Shown here: in pieces, positions 21,399 through 31,200 of the stretch
Numbering within the stretch: position 1 is the first letter of the stretch
Layout of the letters: every line of letters begins with the position of its first letter
Assembly (NCBI GenBank): GCA_964559765.1
Contig: CAZLHU010000001.1
Coordinates: forward strand, 9,242-73,241
Source: an uncultured Candidatus Saccharibacteria bacterium
GTDB lineage: Bacteria > Patescibacteriota > Minisyncoccia > UBA6257 > Colwellbacteraceae
DNA length: 64,000 nucleotides
Direction: 5' to 3'
The notes under the pieces: model-generated
Databases searched by the model: none
The model's input: the letters and a program-made list of their open reading frames with translations, nothing else
Told to the model about the DNA's origin: nothing
Translations under genes and position numbers: made by a program

Positions 21399-21827
21399 CT
21401 AAGTGCCGGTCGATCCGAATCCGCCGCGGATTTTGCCGTCCATCTTACTTACCTCTTCCCATTCCGCTCTCACAAACGGCACAAGGACTCCTTGGACGAT
21501 TCTGTCGTCCCGTCCGACGACTATGGGCTTGTCTGTAAAATTGAATAGGACCGCCTTGATTTCGTCTTCGTCGCCGCGATAATCGGAGTCGATAATCCCT
21601 ATGCCGTTCCTCATGCTTAAACCTCTTTTATATAGGGAGCTCCTGGCCGCAAGCAAAAGAAAATGGCCCTCGGGTATTTCCATTGCGATATTTAGGGGGA
21701 TCGAACCTATCTGCCCCGGCAGGATCTCGACCTGTTCCTTAGCGCGGAAGTCGAATCCGGCCGCACCGTCAGTATGGTATTCCGGCAACGGCAAGTCCTT
21801 ATCGAATCTTTTTATTCTGACTTTCAT
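21399..21827 (-). CDS. dut: dUTP diphosphatase
   Basis: GIIDSDYRGE and RGGFGSTG motifs. Confidence 0.85.
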   Translation of the reverse strand: MKVRIKRFDKDLPLPEYHTDGAAGFDFRAKEQVEILPGQIGSIPLNIAMEIPEGHFLLLAARSSLYKRGLSMRNGIGIIDSDYRGDEDEIKAVLFNFTDKPIVVGRDDRIVQGVLVPFVRAEWEEVSKMDGKIRGGFGSTGT

Positions 21828-21842
21828 TGGATTTGTTTTCTT

Positions 21843-22607
21843 TTAAATCGGCTCGATCCGTCTGGCAATTAGCCTTGATAATTTATTGTAGCCCCAGTAG
21901 ACCAAAAGGGTCACTAAGATTGCGGCGATTATGAGGTACTCTCCTCCTTGTACATAGTGCGCGATGCTGTCATAGACCTGGCCGAAATAATATCCCAAGG
22001 CGGCGAACAGAATCACCTTCGGCAATATTATCGACGTCGCCGTGGTCACATATTTGCGTATCGACATACGCGACGCTCCGACCGCCATCAATCCCGGGGT
22101 CGAAAGCCCGGGCACCAACTTGATCACAGCCAGGGTTTTGATGGGATTTGTCTTCAGTAGTTTCTCCACGCGTTTCATTCTTTCGCTGGACAGCCCGAAA
22201 TTGCGCCCATACTTCTCGATTAACGATATCCTGCTCAAATAACCGACCAAGTAATATCCGAAGTCGGCGGTCAGATCCCCTAGAATCGCCAATATCAAAA
22301 CGGCCCATATATTGAAATACCCCAATCGCGCGGCAAATGCTGCAGCAGCAGTGATTACCGGCCCTTCCACGACCATGGCGAGGAACATTACCACGTAACC
22401 CACGCCCCTAACCCACAAAAGAGTCTGGTTGAAGGATAGTCCCGCCGCCGCCATAAAACTGTTCCCATGTACAGATTGGACCGATAGGCTGGCCACGCTG
22501 TTCGACAAGAAATGATTGACGTTGAATTGCGCGCTGATGAACACCAAGGCCACAACGATCATGGTCCGTATCATAAATTTGTATTTGGTCATTATGACAT
22601 TCAGCAT
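21843..22607 (-). CDS. DedA/VTT-domain membrane protein
   Basis: EGPVITAAAAFAARLGYFNIW ... LGDLTADFGYY. Confidence 0.7.
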   Translation of the reverse strand: MLNVIMTKYKFMIRTMIVVALVFISAQFNVNHFLSNSVASLSVQSVHGNSFMAAAGLSFNQTLLWVRGVGYVVMFLAMVVEGPVITAAAAFAARLGYFNIWAVLILAILGDLTADFGYYLVGYLSRISLIEKYGRNFGLSSERMKRVEKLLKTNPIKTLAVIKLVPGLSTPGLMAVGASRMSIRKYVTTATSIILPKVILFAALGYYFGQVYDSIAHYVQGGEYLIIAAILVTLLVYWGYNKLSRLIARRIEPI

Positions 22608-22614
22608 CGATGGT

Positions 22615-23454
22615 CTATTTGAATCCGAATTTCTCCCCTAGGCTCTTAAAGAAATAATTACGTTCCAATTCTGCGAATTTTATGGCATGGGGCGACCTCT
22701 CCAATATTACTTCATCGTTCTTCTTCAGTGGGAAGATGGTCTCACCATCGGCGATTAGCAGCACATCCACCGCTTCTCTAGTTCCAGATATGGACAATAT
22801 ACCCCGTTCCCTGAAACCGAGCACAGCAAGCCTTATCCTTTGGTCTTTCTTTACCACGATACTGGGTGTGGGTATGTTGTGGTCCATTATCTCCGTCAGA
22901 ATCATGCACTCTATTTCGGGCACGACTATCGGTCCGTGGGCGGAAAGATTGTATGCCGTCGACCCCGTCGCTGTCGCGATCAATATGCCGGTGCCGCGTA
23001 TGAACTGCAATGGATGCTTCTCTATGTCCACTTCTATCCTCACTATTCCTAATAGACTTTGAACGGAAACCTCGTTGAGGGAATCAGTGCTAAAAACCTT
23101 GTTGCCGTTCCTGACCACCGAAGCTTTTATCATCATCCTCTTCGCAACCCCATATTCGCCCCTCAAGAACTTACCGACTGCTGGCAAGAAGTCCTTGGAC
23201 GCCCTAGCGGAAGCCAAAAAGCCGACGTCGCCCAAGTTCAATCCAAGGACCAATGGACTCGTCTTTCTGAATATCCGCGCCGCCTCAAGAATAGTTCCGT
23301 CTCCTCCCAACACAATCACCCCGGACGGCCTATCGCTGCCTATCCTTACTTTGGGATAGTTCCTGTTTATCCAAGCCTTTATCTTCTTGGACCAAGCGGT
23401 TGCCCGGATGTTATCCGCGCGATGGAATATCTCTACTTTTGATATCTTTGCCAT
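22615..23454 (-). CDS. nadK: NAD+ kinase
   Basis: GGDGT, NLGxVGFL, TATGSTAYNLSAHGP motifs. Confidence 0.85.
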   Translation of the reverse strand: MAKISKVEIFHRADNIRATAWSKKIKAWINRNYPKVRIGSDRPSGVIVLGGDGTILEAARIFRKTSPLVLGLNLGDVGFLASARASKDFLPAVGKFLRGEYGVAKRMMIKASVVRNGNKVFSTDSLNEVSVQSLLGIVRIEVDIEKHPLQFIRGTGILIATATGSTAYNLSAHGPIVVPEIECMILTEIMDHNIPTPSIVVKKDQRIRLAVLGFRERGILSISGTREAVDVLLIADGETIFPLKKNDEVILERSPHAIKFAELERNYFFKSLGEKFGFK

Positions 23455-23610
23455 GCTCCGTTTGTTGTCTTCATTGAAAGTATAACAGATTCAGAAACCC
23501 CATATTCCGGTCATCCGAAACGCCCTGTGGCGCCGTAAATAGGGCTATAATTGTGATAGCGGTATAAGCCGATTAATTCTAAGGATTGTCTCAATCAATG
23601 CAGCATCACG

Positions 23611-23793
23611 ATGAAAAGTGACTTTATCTCCTGGGCGATAAGTTGGAGAAGGGTGTCCATAACGATCCTGGTTGGGGCAATCGTTTTTTTGATCGGCGCG
23701 TTCCTCTTCTGGTATTTCCTGTTCTACATACCCGCAACCCAAGACGCGTCTAGGGACCAAAGCGAACAACAACAGATGCAACAGCTGCAATAG
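23611..23793 (+). CDS. small membrane protein (60 aa, single TM, Gln-rich tail)
   Basis: ORF only; an alternative 81-aa ORF lies on the opposite strand. Confidence 0.25.
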   Translation: MKSDFISWAISWRRVSITILVGAIVFLIGAFLFWYFLFYIPATQDASRDQSEQQQMQQLQ

Positions 23794-23795
23794 CC

Positions 23796-24608
23796 TTAGA
23801 GGCCGGATAGACCGTCGATAAAATCCGACATTATCTCGATAAGCCTCTTGCTCCGATTCAGCACCACGATATGATCTATGTCGTCTATGACCGCCAGCTT
23901 CGCATTCTCTATCTTCTCCGCCACCATAACTCCGTATCTCAACGGGAAAATCGTGTCTTTTGCACCGTGCACGACAAGCGTCGGCACTTTTATCTTCTTC
24001 AGAATATCTTCGCCGTTGAAGTTATACGTTTGGGCTGTCACATACAGATAAACCCATAGGCCGGTATTTGTTATGTCGGCGATATTTCTCCGAACACTCC
24101 AATCTTTGGTATCTACATATTTTGAATAGTCGACTTGGCCGACTATTTTTTTAGGGGAATGCTCCGGCCTCATCTTCACCGCAAGCCTTATGAACGGTTT
24201 TACCAGTCGCGCGCTGGCCATCCTGCCAACCGCAAAGTGGGGACTTATGAATATCGCGGCCGAGACCATATTCTGATGCTTTCCGATGAAATCCAAGGCG
24301 ACCAGTGTTCCGAAAGAATTGCTCGCAAGGATGCACTTCTCTACGCCGCAGTGCTTAAGGAGGTCATAGAGATCCTCGGAAAACTTGCCGATCTCATAAT
24401 CCTCATATTTTTTAAAGCGGATGGACTTTCCATGGCCGCGCAGATCCAATGAAAGCACATTGTATTTCCCTTCGAACGCGGACTCGTAGGCAAACCAAGC
24501 AGAAGAGCTTCCAGACACTCCGTGAACCAAAAACAATGTCGGCCTTCCTGGACTGAACTCGTTGCGGCGGTAATAGATCCCCTTCTCTTCGAAAAGACAC
24601 TCTTTCAT
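23796..24608 (-). CDS. alpha/beta hydrolase
   Basis: HGxxG oxyanion region LFLVHGVSGS; nucleophile elbow ASNSFG. Confidence 0.65.
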   Translation of the reverse strand: MKECLFEEKGIYYRRNEFSPGRPTLFLVHGVSGSSSAWFAYESAFEGKYNVLSLDLRGHGKSIRFKKYEDYEIGKFSEDLYDLLKHCGVEKCILASNSFGTLVALDFIGKHQNMVSAAIFISPHFAVGRMASARLVKPFIRLAVKMRPEHSPKKIVGQVDYSKYVDTKDWSVRRNIADITNTGLWVYLYVTAQTYNFNGEDILKKIKVPTLVVHGAKDTIFPLRYGVMVAEKIENAKLAVIDDIDHIVVLNRSKRLIEIMSDFIDGLSGL

Positions 24609-24616
24609 GACACCCT

Positions 24617-25795
24617 CTACAGCACCGAGTAATAAAGGGCTTCGAGCCTCTCGACGCTTTTATTGATGTCGAAATTCTTGCTGTTCTTAAGACTCCTTTC
24701 GCCCATGGCTTTCAATGCCTGTCCGTCGGAGAGCATGGCCAAAGCCTTTTTGGCGCAGTCGCCTGGGTCCTGCGGCTTGAAAAGCATCCCGTTATTGTCC
24801 ACGAAATATTTAGAGGCGCTGTTCTCCGCATCGGCGATTAGAATGGGGGCGCCGCAGGCCATGGCCTCGAGCACGACCATCCCTTCGAGCTCCGCCAGCG
24901 ATGGCAGGCAGAAGATGTCGCATGCGTTGTAAGCCAGCACGAGATGCTCCCCGCTTACCTTGCCCAGGAAGAGGACCTCCTTTTTAAGATGCATCTTTCT
25001 GACAAGAGCCCCGAGCTCCTTCCTTTGCTGCCCGTCGCCCACGATGAGCACGCGCACATTCGGCTGTTTTTTTATTATTTCAGGCGTGGCCATGATCAGC
25101 GTATCTATGCTCTTTTCCGGATGGAGGCGACCCACGAACGCAATATACTTGTGTTCGCGCGAAAGGCCGAACTCTTTGAAGAACGGTGCGGGATCGGTCG
25201 GCTTGAATGTGGAAGTATCCACGCCGTTGCTGATCACCTCGTATTTGAGCTTGGGATCCATTTTGGGAGATTTTTCCCTGGCGAATTCCGTGGGGTACAC
25301 CAACGCGTCTGAGTTCTGGTACATCCAGAAGAGATATCTCGTGAAAAGGCTGCTCATTATGTCGCGTCCAAGAATTTTCGGGACGTGCAGGAAGACGTTC
25401 TCCGCCTGGGTATGGGAGTGCGTCACAACCTTAATTCCCATCGATCTAGCGGCTTCCATAAAGGAGTACCCCGCTTCGAACGGTATGATAATATGAACGA
25501 TGTCTATCTTTTCCTCCTTTAATATTTTTTTCGCCTCGTCGATTGTAGGAAATGCGAGGTAGAACCTTTTCTCTGTTTTTGGTATAAGGATGGACCGGAA
25601 CCTGTACGTCTTTATTCCATTGACGTCTCCGGATGCATAGGGTGTCTTAGCGGCGATAAAGATCACCTTATGGCCCCTGGCCTTAAGGCGCTCGGAGAAT
25701 CGCCAGGTCGATACTATGCTGCCGGCCGTATAGTCTATGGGGTCGCACACCATCGCTATGTTGAGCTTTCTTCTAGGAGTGTTTTTGATGTCCAT
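24617..25795 (-). CDS. GT-B glycosyltransferase (GT4-like)
   Basis: C-terminal EGMVVLEAMACGAPI motif. Confidence 0.7.
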   Translation of the reverse strand: MDIKNTPRRKLNIAMVCDPIDYTAGSIVSTWRFSERLKARGHKVIFIAAKTPYASGDVNGIKTYRFRSILIPKTEKRFYLAFPTIDEAKKILKEEKIDIVHIIIPFEAGYSFMEAARSMGIKVVTHSHTQAENVFLHVPKILGRDIMSSLFTRYLFWMYQNSDALVYPTEFAREKSPKMDPKLKYEVISNGVDTSTFKPTDPAPFFKEFGLSREHKYIAFVGRLHPEKSIDTLIMATPEIIKKQPNVRVLIVGDGQQRKELGALVRKMHLKKEVLFLGKVSGEHLVLAYNACDIFCLPSLAELEGMVVLEAMACGAPILIADAENSASKYFVDNNGMLFKPQDPGDCAKKALAMLSDGQALKAMGERSLKNSKNFDINKSVERLEALYYSVL

Positions 25796-25948
25796 TGGTT
25801 ACTATTTTACCACAGCTCGCCTTGTCCATGGCCAGAATTGACCGAACGCGCCATAAGTGTTATCACTTAACCAAAGTCGACCAATAAAAGCGGGTAAAAA
25901 TCGAGTGTCCCAAACCGCTTTCAGCGGGTCGGATGCTCTTTAAAATCT

Positions 25949-26407
25949 ATGGACATAAGCCATGGTTACAAGCGGTACGTCGAGGACGTTATGCGACTAG
26001 CCAGGATCGCAGCTTTAATCCCCAACTTTCGTTTCAAGATCAAGTACATCAAGGTCATCCCCAAGGGTTTCTTCGCTCAAATAAGCGAGATCGATCTGGT
26101 GTATATGCAGGGCACAGTCGAAGTGAGCAAGAAAAGAGTGGGCAAGGACTTCAAAGACAAAAAGTATCTGGATATCCAAGAGGATCTTTGTCATGAAGTC
26201 GCTCATACCTTTACCGATCCATACGACGACATGATGAGAGAGCTCATGAGCAAGAACCTCTCGAAAGCCAAGAGACGCGAGAAGGAAGAGAAGCTGCGCA
26301 GGCTAAACGAGCACCAGACCGAACTCATCGGCATGATCATTTCCAAGCTCGTATCCATATTGGATGAGAGGGAGAGAAAAACCAAACGTCCGATAGAGAA
26401 ACTATAA
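25949..26407 (+). CDS. small HExxH metallopeptidase-like protein (SprT/ImmA-like size)
   Basis: HEVAH motif; followed by a hairpin terminator at 26409..26440. Confidence 0.45.
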   Translation: MDISHGYKRYVEDVMRLARIAALIPNFRFKIKYIKVIPKGFFAQISEIDLVYMQGTVEVSKKRVGKDFKDKKYLDIQEDLCHEVAHTFTDPYDDMMRELMSKNLSKAKRREKEEKLRRLNEHQTELIGMIISKLVSILDERERKTKRPIEKL

Positions 26408-26408
26408 A

Positions 26409-26440
26409 CAGTCGCGCCCAGCGCGGCTGTTTTTATTCCC
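26409..26440 (+). terminator. intrinsic terminator (agtcgcgc-cca-gcgcggct plus T5)
   Basis: Hairpin plus U-run. Confidence 0.5.
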
Positions 26441-26492
26441 GTCTCGCTAATCTTATCGCATCTCAGATAGGCCGTACTAATTTCCTCACAAG

Positions 26493-26882
26493 GTGTGTAT
26501 TCTTAAATGTATGACGACCAAGGCAATACCATCAGATTACGCATATCAATTTCTGGACAAGGACCTGACGGTGAAAGTAGACAGGCCCCTCGGCTCTACG
26601 CACCCGAAACATGACGATATCGTATACCCCGTGAACTACGGCTATATCGAAGGAGTTGAAGCGCCGGACGGGGAAGACGTCGACGCCTATATCTTGGGAG
26701 TGGATAAGCCCCTGCAGGAATTCAGGGGGAAGTGCATAGCGCTGATACATCGCACGAACGACGATGACGACAAACTGATTGTGGTCCCGGAAGGAAAGAG
26801 TTATTCGGACGATCAGATAAGACAGATGACGGAATTCCAGGAGAAGTTCTTCAAGTCCGAAATCATAAGGCTGTTAAAATAG
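26493..26882 (+). CDS. family I inorganic pyrophosphatase-like protein (short)
   Basis: YPVNYGYIEG ... DGEDVDAYILG ... DDKLIVVP, parallel to the PPase YPxNYGxI / DGDPLDVLV / DxKLVAVP motifs. Confidence 0.55.
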   Translation: MCILKCMTTKAIPSDYAYQFLDKDLTVKVDRPLGSTHPKHDDIVYPVNYGYIEGVEAPDGEDVDAYILGVDKPLQEFRGKCIALIHRTNDDDDKLIVVPEGKSYSDDQIRQMTEFQEKFFKSEIIRLLK

Positions 26883-27398
26883 ATGCTCGACGAAAAGGAG
26901 GAAAAATACCTGCAGACCATACCCGAGTCCGAGCTGGTGGCCATAGGGCCATGGGACCCGGAAACGGAAATTATCGCCAAAAGGCTGATGGATGATATAA
27001 AGTCTGCCGTCCCGGCCCTGGAGGTCATGCACACCGGAGCAGCCGCGCTGAAGATATCCGGCCAGAACGACATCGACTTCAGCATCCTTTCCAAACCAGA
27101 GGATTTTGATAAATACCTCCCGGCACTGGTGAAAGTGTTGGGTGAACCAAAGAAGAAGGGTGTGGAAAATGTGCGTTGGGAGATAAACATAGAAGGCTAC
27201 CCGGTGGATGTGCACATGACGGACAAAAGTTCCCAGGGGTTCAAGAGGCACAAGCGGGTCTTCGAATTGTTGCGCGACGACCCTCGGCTGCTTAAAGAGT
27301 ACGAAAGACTGAAAGAGCAATCTGCCGGCCTGTCCATGAGGGAATATCAGCGCAGAAAATACGAATTTTACAATAAAATATTGGCGGAGGATCGCTGA
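26883..27398 (+). CDS. GrpB/UPF0157 family protein
   Basis: HTGAAALKISGQNDIDFSI core of the GrpB nucleotidyltransferase-like fold. Confidence 0.55.
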   Translation: MLDEKEEKYLQTIPESELVAIGPWDPETEIIAKRLMDDIKSAVPALEVMHTGAAALKISGQNDIDFSILSKPEDFDKYLPALVKVLGEPKKKGVENVRWEINIEGYPVDVHMTDKSSQGFKRHKRVFELLRDDPRLLKEYERLKEQSAGLSMREYQRRKYEFYNKILAEDR

Positions 27399-27427
27399 AA
27401 GTTCCGTTTATCGATATCAGACAAGAT

Positions 27428-27462
27428 GACCCCTCGCTTAGTTCAGCGAGGGGTTATTTGAG
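27428..27462 (+). terminator. intrinsic terminator (acccctcgc-loop-gcgaggggt plus T-rich run)
   Basis: 9-bp GC stem followed by tattt. Confidence 0.5.
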
Positions 27463-27488
27463 ACATCTTATTTTGGACATAGATGCTC

Positions 27489-27806
27489 CTATCTTGGCGA
27501 AGGGAGAAGATACTGCTGCTCACAGTCGTAGTCGACGTTCCAAGCCCACCAGTCCTGGCATTCCATGCACAACACCTCGTCGTGCGAAATGATCGTGCCG
27601 TTGGGCTTCATCACTTTCTTGGCGATGTTATGAGGAATCTCGACATATTGCCCACACATCCCGTCGCAGGGAAAGTAGCGACTCACCCTAGAGTTAGAAA
27701 TTTCCGATGCGTTCATGCCGTTGCTCCGATTTCTCTCCGACGGGACGAATTGTTCCGGCCAGAGTGGGGTTGAGGTAGTTGATGTTCCGATTGCGAATGT
27801 ATCCAC
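27489..27806 (-). CDS. Cys-rich small protein (CDGMC...CMEC); possibly the frameshifted continuation of the 27694..27882 ORF
   Basis: The Cys cluster starts exactly where the upstream ORF stops. Confidence 0.3.
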   Translation of the reverse strand: MDTFAIGTSTTSTPLWPEQFVPSERNRSNGMNASEISNSRVSRYFPCDGMCGQYVEIPHNIAKKVMKPNGTIISHDEVLCMECQDWWAWNVDYDCEQQYLLPSPR

Positions 27807-27882
27807 ATACCCTGCACCTCAGGGTATAGATCCATGTTTCCAAATCACAATTCGGGCAGATGGTTTCGTTTGGTTTCAACAT
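27694..27882 (-). CDS. small zinc-ribbon protein (CPNC...CRVC)
   Basis: 62 aa; overlaps the next ORF in a different frame. Confidence 0.35.
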   Translation of the reverse strand: MLKPNETICPNCDLETWIYTLRCRVCGYIRNRNINYLNPTLAGTIRPVGEKSEQRHERIGNF

Positions 27883-28140
27883 ATCCCCTCCTTTTTAGGA
27901 GCAGGCCTTAGCCAAAGCTGGCGCGGTTGAGAACGTTACGATGGCAGAGAAAGCGCATAGTCCCCCTTCTCAGTTTTCAATGTGCTGAATAGAGGGATTA
28001 TGCCCTCTCCCAAACCGCGGGGCTTGGGATAGGGCGTAACACGGATTATTGCGCCTATTTATGGTATTGTGGCACCTTCCTGTCCGCCTGTAAATAATCT
28101 CGTAAAGGATAGCTCACGTGATTTATGATATAATTACGCT

Positions 28141-28380
28141 ATGAAGGACAAAATTCTCCACACAATCACCATAGTCTTATTGCTTGCAATCATTGCTGGC
28201 GGAATTTATCTATTCTTAAGCCAATTACCAGTAACTGCTCCGACCTTAAACCAGACTATATCCACGTCTACATCTTCGCCTGTTCCCACAACGACGGCAA
28301 CAAACTTATCTCCTGAATTACGACAGCACCCCATCCCCCCACCACCTCCGAGGAAAAATTCACCCAGTTCGTCCCTTTAA
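28141..28380 (+). CDS. small membrane-anchored S/T/P-rich protein
   Basis: 79 aa; TM then a low-complexity tail; TATAAT 13 nt upstream of the ATG. Confidence 0.3.
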   Translation: MKDKILHTITIVLLLAIIAGGIYLFLSQLPVTAPTLNQTISTSTSSPVPTTTATNLSPELRQHPIPPPPPRKNSPSSSL

Positions 28381-28509
28381 TCGCAACTTAGATATATCTC
28401 AGACTCTATTATCTTTTATTGAAAATATAACAGGAAGCCCCTTCTTTAGTTGATAGGGGCTATATATTTAAACTAAGGCTGATTAAATATAATTGCCTGC
28501 CCCATTTGA

Positions 28510-28538
28510 TTGACAAATCATATATTTTATGGTCTAAT
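28510..28538 (+). promoter_or_regulatory. candidate sigma70 promoter (TTGACA-17 nt-TCTAAT) for the DedA gene
   Basis: Perfect -35, 5/6 -10, 17-nt spacer, about 85 nt upstream of 28625. Confidence 0.4.
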
Positions 28539-28624
28539 ACCGCTACGTTTGTTCGCTGAATCGGTCAAATTAACTAACACATCATGACCGCCTAAGCGGA
28601 TCTGGTGCTCCTTAAAATAAAAAC

Positions 28625-29242
28625 ATGACAACCAACTTATTGAGTCTGTTGACCACCAATATATGGTTCGCAGGCGGCAGCTACACAGTGCTGTCCATAG
28701 CCATGCTTATCGAAGGCCCAACAATTACCACTGTTGCAGCTTTCGCCGCAAGGCTTGGATATTTCAACATCTGGCTGGTATTCCTGATATCGATCCTGGG
28801 GAATTTCATCCCCGACGTCGCATACTATGCGCTTGGACGCTGGGGGCGACGATCCATCGACAGGCATCCGGCATTCTTCGCCAAGCTGGGCATCTCCGAA
28901 AGGATGATGGCCAAGGCCGAGAAGCTATTGAGGTCTCACCCCTTCATGACCCTGCTGATCTCAAAGCTTGTGCCGATCCTCGGGCTATCCGGACTTACTG
29001 CGGCAGGAGCGGTAAAGATGCCGCTGAAGGAATATTCATTCTGGAGTCTGGCTATAATTCTGGTCACCTCCGGAACATTCCTGGGCATTGGATACTATCT
29101 CGGCGAGGCCTACATCCGCCTTGCCGTCTACCAGGAGTACGCTCTGGCCATAATCGGGGTTTCAATATTCCTGATTATCTACGGCTACGGCAAACTGAAA
29201 ACCTGGTGGGGAGGAAAGCTCGCATCAAAGGAATTGGATTAA
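28625..29242 (+). CDS. DedA/VTT-domain membrane protein (paralogue of 21843..22607)
   Basis: EGPTITTVAAFAARLGYFNIW conserved with the other copy. Confidence 0.7.
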   Translation: MTTNLLSLLTTNIWFAGGSYTVLSIAMLIEGPTITTVAAFAARLGYFNIWLVFLISILGNFIPDVAYYALGRWGRRSIDRHPAFFAKLGISERMMAKAEKLLRSHPFMTLLISKLVPILGLSGLTAAGAVKMPLKEYSFWSLAIILVTSGTFLGIGYYLGEAYIRLAVYQEYALAIIGVSIFLIIYGYGKLKTWWGGKLASKELD

Positions 29243-29266
29243 GGTGTCGTCGAAGTGCGACGGCAA

Positions 29267-29297
29267 AATCCCCAGACATATGTCTGGGGATTTTTAA
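29267..29297. terminator. bidirectional intrinsic terminator (ccccagacatatgtctgggg flanked by A4/T5)
   Basis: Sits between convergent genes. Confidence 0.55.
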
Positions 29298-29310
29298 TCG
29301 AAGCCTGTTG

Positions 29311-31200
29311 CTATTTGTTGAGCAGAGCCCTAGTCGCCGGACCGACAACCCCTAGTTGGGAAATGCCGTTTTCTTTCTGATACTTCTTAACGGCGGTCTC
29401 GGTAAGCGATCCGTAAGTCCCGCTAATAGGACCGCTGTACACGCCGGCGGCGGTTAAAGCCTTTTGAAGCATTGTGACCGCTTCGCCCTTCGATCCAGGA
29501 TAAAGATAGGTAGTGAAATCATAGCCACTGCTCGGACTTACGCTGGTTGATCCGCTGGTCGTACCGGTATTCGTGGTCGCGGTAGATTGGGTAATCACGT
29601 AAATGTATATCGGAGTACAACTTCCGTTGGAGGAGCATATATTCACAGATGAACTGCCGACGCTAACTCCGGTGATCGATACGGCGCTCCCGCTCAAAGT
29701 CGCCTTGAATACCGTTCCGGGATTGGAAGACAGGGAGTATGGCGTGGATCCTCCAGATAGGGATAGATATATGGTCTGACCGACGCCCACGACCGAGCTT
29801 AATTGAGGCGCCACGCTGTTGGTGTTGTTGACGGCCGATCCGCTTACCGTCACGTATAGCGTTATGCATTGGGAACTGCTCTGGCAGATGCTCATATTTG
29901 TGGTGCCGGCATTCACCCCGGTCACATTGATGATGTCGTTATCGACGATCACGCCGTAGGCTGCGGATTGGCTGGAATTGCTGGAAATATAGTATGCGTT
30001 TCCGGAAAGGCCGCCGGATACCAATACGCTACTGGTCTGACCCGGCGTAAGAGTAAGGCTGGTCTGACTTAATGCAAGCTGGCTGCCACTCGAGCTGACC
30101 ACCACGGTCATCGTTGCGCAACTGCCGGACGATACGCATATATTGAGCAGCGATGTGCCGCTCGTGTTGCCATACAGACTCAAGCTCGTGCCGGTCAGAC
30201 TAGCTTCAACTATGCTCGTATTCGAATTGGATGCAATATAGTAGGTCCCGGATCCACCGCTTACCGTTACAGTGGCGGTTTGCCCGAGGGGTATGGTGGG
30301 ATTCTGCTGGCTGAACGACAGTGCCGATGAAGTCGATCCCGCGGTGGCGGTGGCGGTTATTATGCCGCATGAGCTCATATTGGTGGAACACACGGTAATA
30401 GTAGCCGAACCAGAAGAGGCATTCCCGTATAGATATACTGTGGAGCTGGATATCGTCGACTGGATTACGGCGGAATCGGAATTGCTGGATATCGTGTAAA
30501 CGCCCGTACCCCCGGAAACCGTTACGGGAACGCTCTGACCAACGGGTACCATGACGCTATTCTGGCTGAAACTGATTGATGTTGCGCCTGGAACGTTGAC
30601 ATTGATATTGGCGCAGTTAGATGAGCTATTCACCAAACATATTGCGATCGTAGTCGAACCGAAAGTGTTTCCGGATACGGTTATCTGAGTTCCGTTCAAA
30701 GAGACATTCGCAACGGACGGACTTGAGTTACTGGACACAAATAAAGAGGAGCCGTTTGTGTTGGCCGCTGTCACAGAGGCGGATTGACCGGCCATCAAAG
30801 TTATATTGGTTTGACTAAGCGCCAGGGCTGTTGGCGAAGAAGAGCTGCTATATGGCCATATCGCACTGGCCGACTGCTGGCCGTTGACCGTAATGTAGAA
30901 TGTGCTGCTTGGAGTTATATTCTGGGCCGACGTGCTTACCGTCTCGGAAAACGACCCACTGGAGTTGGTTGTGCCTAATATATCCTCCATCAGCGCGGAG
31001 GTGGATGAGCTAACAAACCAAAGCACTACGGGCGAATTGTCGTCTCCGTTTATATTCAGTTGGACGTTGTCTCCATTCCCAGTTGCAAATGCCGACATAG
31101 TAGGGGTAGCGGCGTATGCGCTTGATGCGAACAATAGGCTCATAGCCACTACGCCGACCGAGACGATTGATGCGGTTAGTTTATCTTTTATATTCCTCAT
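29311..31200 (-). CDS. secreted repeat protein with a C-terminal peptidoglycan-binding (PG_binding_1-like) domain
   Basis: Signal peptide; at least six roughly 80-aa Ig-like S/T-rich repeats (…TVSGGSGTYYISSNS…); C-terminus GSKGEAVTMLQKAL…VKKYQKENGISQLGVVGPATR. Confidence 0.6.
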   Translation of the reverse strand: MRNIKDKLTASIVSVGVVAMSLLFASSAYAATPTMSAFATGNGDNVQLNINGDDNSPVVLWFVSSSTSALMEDILGTTNSSGSFSETVSTSAQNITPSSTFYITVNGQQSASAIWPYSSSSSPTALALSQTNITLMAGQSASVTAANTNGSSLFVSSNSSPSVANVSLNGTQITVSGNTFGSTTIAICLVNSSSNCANINVNVPGATSISFSQNSVMVPVGQSVPVTVSGGTGVYTISSNSDSAVIQSTISSSTVYLYGNASSGSATITVCSTNMSSCGIITATATAGSTSSALSFSQQNPTIPLGQTATVTVSGGSGTYYIASNSNTSIVEASLTGTSLSLYGNTSGTSLLNICVSSGSCATMTVVVSSSGSQLALSQTSLTLTPGQTSSVLVSGGLSGNAYYISSNSSQSAAYGVIVDNDIINVTGVNAGTTNMSICQSSSQCITLYVTVSGSAVNNTNSVAPQLSSVVGVGQTIYLSLSGGSTPYSLSSNPGTVFKATLSGSAVSITGVSVGSSSVNICSSNGSCTPIYIYVITQSTATTNTGTTSGSTSVSPSSGYDFTTYLYPGSKGEAVTMLQKALTAAGVYSGPISGTYGSLTETAVKKYQKENGISQLGVVGPATRALLNK

